A DNA stretch of 64,000 bases from Auanema rhodensis. Its lineage: Eukaryota; Animalia; Nematoda. A program made the translations under genes and the position numbers. Positions 57,101 through 64,000 of this stretch are shown here, in pieces. Positions within the stretch are counted from its first letter, which is position 1. Every line of letters starts with the position of its first letter. The notes below the pieces were generated by a model that had not been told where the DNA came from, ran no database searches, and worked only from the letters and a program-made list of their open reading frames with translations. Where the stretch lies: contig OZ059897.1 in assembly GCA_964057225.1 (NCBI GenBank), positions 11,284,001 through 11,348,000 on the forward strand. The letters run 5' to 3'.

Positions 57101-58708
57101 GTATACTACAAACTTATAGTCTGTATTACAACTTGCAATAATATTTAAATGGTTTAAATTATAATTTGGTAAATGTAAAGAAATGCCACACCTATTTAAT
57201 AAATTGATATGATGTGGTTGATTTGGCAACAAAAAGATTTTCAATCCTCCGCTTCTCAATAACATCTTCTGCTGCCTCTTCATCGGCTTTCCATATTCCC
57301 ACAACTGCTGCTCTAGCCAGGCAATGAGTGTCAGTGTTTTCAATTGTGCCAGGTATTTTGAGTTCGGCATCAAAATAGAAACCAACTCTACCTTCACCAG
57401 GCATCAAGCTTGGCTGCACCGGTCTTTCATCAAACACATACATTTCAATATTCATTGCCTGGCTAATTACAGCCTCTCGCTTTGATTGCTGCACCTTGCT
57501 GATGGGATTCATGATGGCAACGCCATCCAAATGCTCCCTTCTACGGAAATCCATAAATATGGATCCCTTTTCAAAGGATGGGTGCTCTATTGATAGACAA
57601 AATAGCGCTTTTTGTTTATCTGGCACACCACTTTCAGCAAGGCACCGATCAAGAAACTCATTAAATAACCGCGGCATGACAACATGCATTGGCTCATTAA
57701 TGGTTTCCAAATGTGGGAACGTGAACGATCTAACGACCACGTTGGTGAACCGACCGGTGCGTTTTATGCGTCGGTGTGACCACTATAATACACACTTTTT
57801 ATAATGGTTATACGCTTTTAATTTAATTATAAATAATTTTTGTTTATAAGTTTTAATAAATTTACTTTTCTTTAAATTATTTTTATATGCTTTTATTAAA
57901 AATAAATGGCATTTGATTTTTAAATATAAAGTTTTTTTTTTCAACTTTGAAAAAACTTTTATAAACATTTGTTAAAATGTTTAAATTGTTGTTCGAAAAA
58001 TGTTTTAAAATAATTGAGAAGGACAAGATGGTGTTTTATTATTTTACTAGTTCAAAATGTTTGAAATATTTATAATTTGTAAGAAATCAAAATTGATTGA
58101 AAGAAAGATATATAGTGAGATGAAATGTAAAAATTTTAAGATGAATGCTGTTCAAAAGAATGAATATATAAATTTCAAAATATTTGCAATTTGTTTGATA
58201 AAAGATATAGATTGAGATGAAATGTAAAGATGAGAGAGAAAGAATTTCATGTATGCAATTGAAAAAGAGAAATAAATTTCAAAATGTTTTCAAAATATGC
58301 AATTGGAGCAAGAGAAAATTTCATGTTTCAAAAGATATATTATGAAATAATATGTAAATAAAAGATCGCACCTCTATTTTACAGACATCGTTGAATGTCG
58401 CTCCATATCCGACTTGCCCTCCACTGGTTGATGGGGTAGCGGGATTTCATTCTCTTAAAAAAGAAAAAAACTAATTGTTATAATTTTTAATATCGCTTAC
58501 TCATCACTGTCATCCAAGGTTATTATTTCAAAAACCCCTGATGATGAGAGCCCACTATTAAAAGTGGGTGCTGTAAGCTCACAGAGCTCGATCCCACCAG
58601 CCTCGGTAAACTTTATACGTTTACTAAAAAAAAAAAAATATGTATAAATAAATTCAAAATATTGTTAAATTACCTAAGTTGATTGATTTCTTCATAGTCA
58701 AATCCTAG
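54183..58708 (-). pseudogene. pPolB copy C: start exon and 3' end deleted, frameshift near 57232
   Basis: Same exon/motif series as A and B. Confidence 0.88.
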
Positions 58709-58711
58709 TGC

Positions 58712-59424
58712 TCAATGTGTGCTCTATAGAGTTATTGTATTGTTATATTAGTAAAATAAAGTTTAAAACTAATCTTTTACTATAATTTGAAACTTTTACT
58801 TGTTAGAATAAATATAATTAATAACAATTTGTAATTTCAAAAATTAATAATTTAATGTCGTTCTTATCGAATTAACCTTCGATATGTGTTCCATTAAATT
58901 TTGTATTTCATATCGTTCTTATCGAATTAACCTTCGATATGTGTTCCATTGAATTTTGGTATTTCATATCATAAATTTTATTGTTCTTTAAAATAAAAAC
59001 AATACAAACACAATACAATGAAAAATAAACAAAATAAGTAAACAAACATTATTAATAAATATAATAAATAAATAAAATTTAAAAACAAATTTATATATTT
59101 AAAATTTAAATATTTAAAATTTATAATTTTTATTTTTACTTAATATATTTAAAAATATTTAAAAACATATACATACATTTGAAAAAATAAATTTAAAATT
59201 TGATTTTAAAAAAAATCATGCTTTAAATCATGATTTTTAAATTTAAAAAAGGAGAATCCATGAACCATGATCCCAAAATATGATTTTAATAGCTGACGCT
59301 CAAAAATATGTTTTTGACAGCTGACGCGCCCCAAAAGTATGTTTTTAGCAGCTGACGCCCCCAAAAGTATGTTTTTGACAGCTGTTTGGGGGCGTGGTTA
59401 GTAAATTTTGCACGGCTCTCTACT
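58712..59424 (+). repeat. Right TIR of copy C, internally deleted
   Basis: Only two full 56-bp repeats; ends CTCTCTACT. Confidence 0.88.
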
Positions 59425-59949
59425 GTTCCTGCCGGTTCTCCTCGTTGAACCCATTGTGCTGATCTACTGAAGTTATCGTATTCAACCTATTTTTTATCAC
59501 AGGTGAGAATACGATCGATGAAAGGGTCCTGACAATTCATAGAGAGTAGAAAAGCAGCTATAGTCAGGCGAGTCAACTTATTGTCTTCGGAGAGAGTATG
59601 TGGAATCCATTTGTCGAGCATTTTGATGTAGTTCAACTCATGTAGACGCTTCCTAACTGTAGATTCATCACAATTGAAATCTCTACATAGTTTCTGACAA
59701 GTAACTCTTGGTTTATTTTTAGGTTTTTTTTTTGGTTTATTTTCATTTCCTGTTTTAAATCTTCTGAACCAGAATCTTGCCACTCCGTCACTCACAGCAT
59801 CATCACCGAACACTCTTCTAATTTTTTGAGCAGCTTTAGAAGCTTTAAAATTGTTCTTAAATTCATGAAGCAGAACTGAGCGAATTGTAACACTCAAGTA
59901 GACCATTTTCAATCTTCAAAAAAATAATTTTATTCAGAATATATGATCA

Positions 59950-60386
59950 CTACACATGCATTAAATAATTAATGCATTGGCTCATTTTCAGAAGATCCTG
60001 AGCCAAACTTATTCTCGATCTGAGATTACTCTCAGTCAGAACATGCGGGGAAAAAGGTGAAATTTTATGGATTTTACCCATTTTTTTCAATCTTTTTGAA
60101 ATAGCAACATCGCTGACTTTTAGAATGTTTCACATTTGAAGCTGAGTTGCTTCAGGATTCTCATCCAAAACATTCTGAAGGTCTGCGTTGCTGAATTTCT
60201 TACCAGCTCCCGACCTTGGACGATCTTTTAAATCGGTTTCGCCAAACGCGATTACCATCTTTTGCAGGTGCTGTAGTTTGGAGATGAATCTCCATAAACA
60301 GCTCTCATTTTTTTAAAGGCTGCTTTCGCAGATAATCCTTCATTAAAACGATAAAAAAGAAAATGGCGCGCATGAGTAGAATTCAT
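59950..60386 (-). pseudogene. Extra mariner-type DNA-binding (HTH-HTH) module lacking a catalytic domain
   Basis: MNSTHARHFLFYRF...TCKRW*, DLKDRPRSG, ENPEATQ, ISKRLKKMG, SPHVL; lies inside the mariner TIRs. Confidence 0.75.
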
Positions 60387-60683
60387 AACGGAAAACAGCA
60401 AAAAAAAAAGATGGAAAATAAAAATCAATTTTTCAAACAAAAAAATTTGTTTTTTGAAACTTTTTTTTGATAATATTGTTTTAAAATATTCAAATTTCCT
60501 TAATTTTAAATAATTTTGAATTTTTAATTTTTCGAAAAAATTCGAAAAACTAGGGGACCTAATATATAAAGAGTAGTTATTTATGCTGTTTATATTTTTA
60601 TAATTAATTTTATTATATCCCGCCAAATATATAAAAAATGACTAATTGAATTTGAAACGTTGATTACTTTTTCCGGTACCTAA

Positions 60684-61133
60684 TATATATAAATTTCAAA
60701 ATATTTGCAATTTGTTGTTATAATTTTTAATATCGCTTACTCATCACTGTCATCCAAGGTTATTATTTCAAAAACCCCTGATGATGAGAGCCCACTATTA
60801 AAAGTGGGTGCTGTAAGCTCACAGATCTCGATCCCACCAGCCTCGGTGAACTTTATCCGTTTACTAAAAAAAATATATATATATATGAAGATTCAAAATT
60901 GTGTTAAATTACCTGAGCTGATTAATCTCGTCATAATCAAATCCTAGCTCTTCACATAAACGCTTATAACTAAAAAAAAAGTTTACAAATGAATAATCAA
61001 AAAGACACAACCTATTAGCAGCCATTGTACCTTGATATAATGAATACATCAGTTTACACATTGCTGTTGGCGTTGTAATTTATTATGTAACATGGATAAG
61101 CATATTGAATACATCTGTTTTTATTGTCGCCGT
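60684..61133 (+). mobile_element. Older Maverick remnant D, right piece (polB exons 1-3 on minus strand)
   Basis: Matches 7466-7935 and 58475-58700 with deletions. Confidence 0.8.
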
Positions 61134-62667
61134 CGTATTACAAACACGTTTTGTTTGGCACAAACGCTCAAAGCACTAAGAGATCCAAGCATTTGATACG
61201 AAGAAAAAATAAACTTCCTAAATAGAAAGCAAACTAGCCCGGACGCAAATGACTTGTGTGTAAAGAATTGTGTCGATCCTGAAATAGCACACAAATCTTT
61301 GAACGGGTACAAAAGCTGGAAGAAAAGCAAAGAGCTACAGATTCGAGTAGCAAAGGAGTGCATTAAATTGTGGAATCTACCCCATGATTTCAACGAAGCT
61401 AATGCAGCGATCTTCAAACAAAAAGAGATGTTCAAGAAGCATTCTATTATCTGTAAACCAAGTCGAACCTTTGTGAAATATTTCTTAGAAATTAACAACG
61501 ATTTTAATAGTCTGATAGAGAGTTTGAAATGAAACAGGTTTCATTTTTTACACTGTATTTGTCACGAAAAATATCTGTGTTATAATTATCACATAAGACT
61601 AAAGATGCCTAAGTAATATGAATTTAAATATAAATATAAAGCGTTTTTCACATTATACTTTGACCTGATATTGCCGATATATTAGAGTATGAATTTAAAA
61701 TGTTTTTGAGATTGAAAATTATTATAACCAGTTATTACCTTGGTATATGCACTGCTGATGAACTTTATTGCTAAGAATAGGCAATTTTGATGCAGGGATC
61801 TCATGATGAATGTAGATATTTCGTGATCAGAAATCGAATTTTGAAATAAAAGCAGAGTTAAATGGCTAAATATTACAAGAACTAGTATTAAAGTTGGAAT
61901 AAGGTTCAATGCGTGAGTCTTATGCTTCTGAACAACAATAACGGTATGAGGAAGGTGACATTCAGTAAGGGGAGAAAATCCAAACCGATATGCTTTAGCC
62001 AACACGACCTGTGTTAATCATGATTCAAATTCGAGATAACATTTTTCAACAGGATTTTTCGGACTATAGCGATCTATAAATTAACAATCCTCCCTTTCTG
62101 GTGAGGTTTCCCGTGTAATTTTTTTCATGCGTACTGATTATAAATTTAGGATGTTAGAAGCAAAATTTGTCTGAACGAAATCGTAACGCAAAATAAAATA
62201 GTCCTGATCGCAAAACAAACTTCATCCACGAAATATAAAGATATAACCGAAGTTATTCTTTCCTTGAAGCCAAAATTAATCCTTAAAAAGGAGAAGGCGT
62301 GGGAAATACAAAATAACAATTACTTTAGGTGAATTTGTTCACTAATTCAGCCTAAAGCCCTCATCAAGCTTCAAGGTTGGGTAACAGAGCATTTCAGATG
62401 TTATAAGCAAGGATACGAAATTTAAAGGTTCAGACGAAAAACTTTTTGTGAACAAACGGGAAAATAATAATCTCGAAACGTATAATCCTTCTTTAAAAAA
62501 AAAAGGATTCCTTGCCTCTGTTCCCATTTAACGTTGTTGGCCCCTCCGTATTGTGTTAAGACATAGAGTAGATGGTATGAGAAAAAGAGAGATGAAAGAG
62601 ATTTGAAAATAAATTAACAACACAAACATTAGAGAGAAGGAAGAAAAAAAAATTGTGATAAGTTCGA

Positions 62668-62680
62668 GGTGGAACCTCCA
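62668..62680 (-). promoter_or_regulatory. Primer-binding site-like motif, tRNA-Gln
   Basis: TGGAGGTTCCACC on the minus strand, identical to 10826-10838. Confidence 0.65.
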
Positions 62681-62855
62681 CGTTCCGTTATGCTCCCGCG
62701 TCGATCTTACAGACCAATGGAGTCTACAAGATGAGCGTGGTAGTATTCCAGATGTAGCGGTTAAACATGGAGCATAAGGATAAACATAAGACTCGAGAAA
62801 GATTGGTTTATTATATCTACGTGATTACAATAAGATACATATAACTAAGTAAAGG

Positions 62856-64000
62856 TTAAACTAATAGAGAACAGAGAGAGAACGACCGACCATCCATGAT
62901 CGTCCCTGAGGCAAAGCTGAAGTGTTGTAATATGGAAAAGGGCGGGTCGTCTTCTCTCAGTCTTGCATTCTCTGACTCTAACCCGCCTGCTACAGCTTCG
63001 TCATATGAATGTAATGCATTGATCTTATGTGCGATTCCGTCATCTGTTTCTCGATTAAATAATTTGAGATTGTCCTTGTGAACGTCTTGGATCTTTCCGA
63101 AAAGGTTTTTGATTTGAACCATGTTTCCCTTCACATTAATAACTTCAAATGGTCCATCATAAGCTTTCCGAAGCTTTTGTCCTGGCTTGTGCATTTTCAC
63201 AGCTAACATAACGCAGTCTCCTTCTTGTATATCTCTTTCGTGAGTGCGTAATCGAGCATCATGTTTCTTTTTTGCTAATTCTTGATGCTTTTCCAAATTT
63301 TCTTGAATGATTGTTTTCTGTTTGCTTCGGATTTTCTCAATATTTTCAATCTCCTTTGAAATTTCCTTTGGTTCAGTTGTTTCGGGGTATAAATCTTTAT
63401 CCAATCTCAAACGGCTTTCTTTCCCGAATAGTACAACGTATGGTGATATTCCTGTGGTTGCATGCGTTGTGGTGTTCAATGCAAAGGTAATTTTTGGCAA
63501 AAACATGTCCCAATCAGTGACATCTTCGTTGAGATAATGTGTGAGTCCTTCTTCTAACGTTCTATGAAGTCTTTCTACTTGTCCATTGGAATTCTTCTGA
63601 TGTGGGAGTGTTGATTCATGTTTGATACCGAGTTTTTCGCACATGTCTTCATATTTCCTTGATAGGAAGTTGGAACCGCGGTCTGTTATTAAGCGGTTCG
63701 GTGGTCCATAGACATATACAAAGTTTCTGAGGAATCTATCAATGACAACTTCACTAACAATTGTTGGTATGGCGATAGTTGTAGCCCATTTGGAGAAAGA
63801 GTCTTGTATTGTGAGGACATAGCTGTTGTTCCTTTTTGATGTTGGGAATGGTCCCATGATATCCATATGTATTCTCTCAAATGGTTTTGTTGGTATGTTA
63901 AATTGACCCATTGGTTGTACGGTCATAGCATGAGGATCTTTCTTTCGTTGTGCACATTTGATGCACTGTTTTACGTATTTTGCTATGTCGTTCTGCATGT
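62856..64000 (-). CDS. pol: Integrase end of a second Ty3/gypsy element (runs off window)
   Basis: CIKC, IHMD, TDRG, NGQVERLHRT, YDGPF; clearly diverged from the 16778 Pol. Confidence 0.9.
   Translation of the reverse strand, partial: MQNDIAKYVKQCIKCAQRKKDPHAMTVQPMGQFNIPTKPFERIHMDIMGPFPTSKRNNSYVLTIQDSFSKWATTIAIPTIVSEVVIDRFLRNFVYVYGPPNRLITDRGSNFLSRKYEDMCEKLGIKHESTLPHQKNSNGQVERLHRTLEEGLTHYLNEDVTDWDMFLPKITFALNTTTHATTGISPYVVLFGKESRLRLDKDLYPETTEPKEISKEIENIEKIRSKQKTIIQENLEKHQELAKKKHDARLRTHERDIQEGDCVMLAVKMHKPGQKLRKAYDGPFEVINVKGNMVQIKNLFGKIQDVHKDNLKLFNRETDDGIAHKINALHSYDEAVAGGLESENARLREDDPPFSILQHFSFASGTIMDGRSFSLCSLLV

Larger units (their letters stand above)
45215..59424 (+). mobile_element. Maverick/Polinton copy C with both termini (14,210 bp), degenerate
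   Basis: AGTAGAG...CTCTACT ends, 0.7-0.85-kb TIRs, TSD GTTCCT at 45209-45214 and 59425-59430; full core gene set. Confidence 0.97.
44640..60683 (-). mobile_element. mariner DD34D element (~1.83 kb net) split by Maverick C
   Basis: TIRs TTA(T/G)GTACCGGAAAAAGTAATC with TA flanks; transposase reads 59906-59425 then 45208-44709 (WIPHTL, TCDKK*, QDNARPH, YSPDLSPTDYHLF). Confidence 0.9.

Noticed and set aside
45215-59424. Fusogen, kinase or serine-protease cargo in Maverick C
   Set aside because: No ORF with such motifs; the only glycoprotein belongs to the LTR element
62661-62775. tRNA-Gln-like pieces (GTTCGAGGTGGAACCTCCA; TGTAGCGGTTA)
   Set aside because: Wrong order and no cloverleaf; the first is a PBS, the second may be chance
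1-64000. Free virus or prokaryotic origin
   Set aside because: Spliceosomal introns, TSDs, nested TEs and decay indicate chromosomal eukaryotic DNA

Overview
Very AT-rich eukaryotic DNA, probably nematode (40-47 nt introns with TTTCAG/TTTAG acceptors), made almost entirely of nested mobile elements; no host gene is convincingly supported. (1) One Maverick/Polinton family in several copies. Copy C (45215-59424) has both ends (5'-AGTAGAG...CTCTACT-3') and a 6-bp TSD (GTTCCT). It encodes integrase, packaging ATPase, minor and major capsid proteins, a core protein, an adenain protease, a C2H2 protein, small accessory ORFs and an intron-rich protein-primed PolB. Bases 1-39524 hold rearranged copies: an 'A' end inserted antiparallel into the polB gene of a 'B' copy, with that junction then present three times. 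(2) A 9.4-kb Ty3/gypsy LTR retroelement (10425-19803, tRNA-Gln PBS) whose first ORF has a class III (gB/rhabdo/chuvirus-G-like) envelope glycoprotein in frame between Gag and protease. (3) Tc1/mariner elements: two DD34D mariners (one with an extra DNA-binding-only ORF), a DD37D maT, a Tc1 end and a MITE, plus a 1.2-kb fold-back palindrome. (4) The integrase end of a second gypsy element. Best leads: the Gag-Env-PR polyprotein sitting inside a Maverick cluster, a spliced Maverick gene with an APC/C D-box, CDK sites and a Cys/His cluster, and the 13-intron pPolB. All calls come from motifs and manual copy-to-copy comparison; no database searches were run. Some large duplications could be amplification or assembly artefacts.
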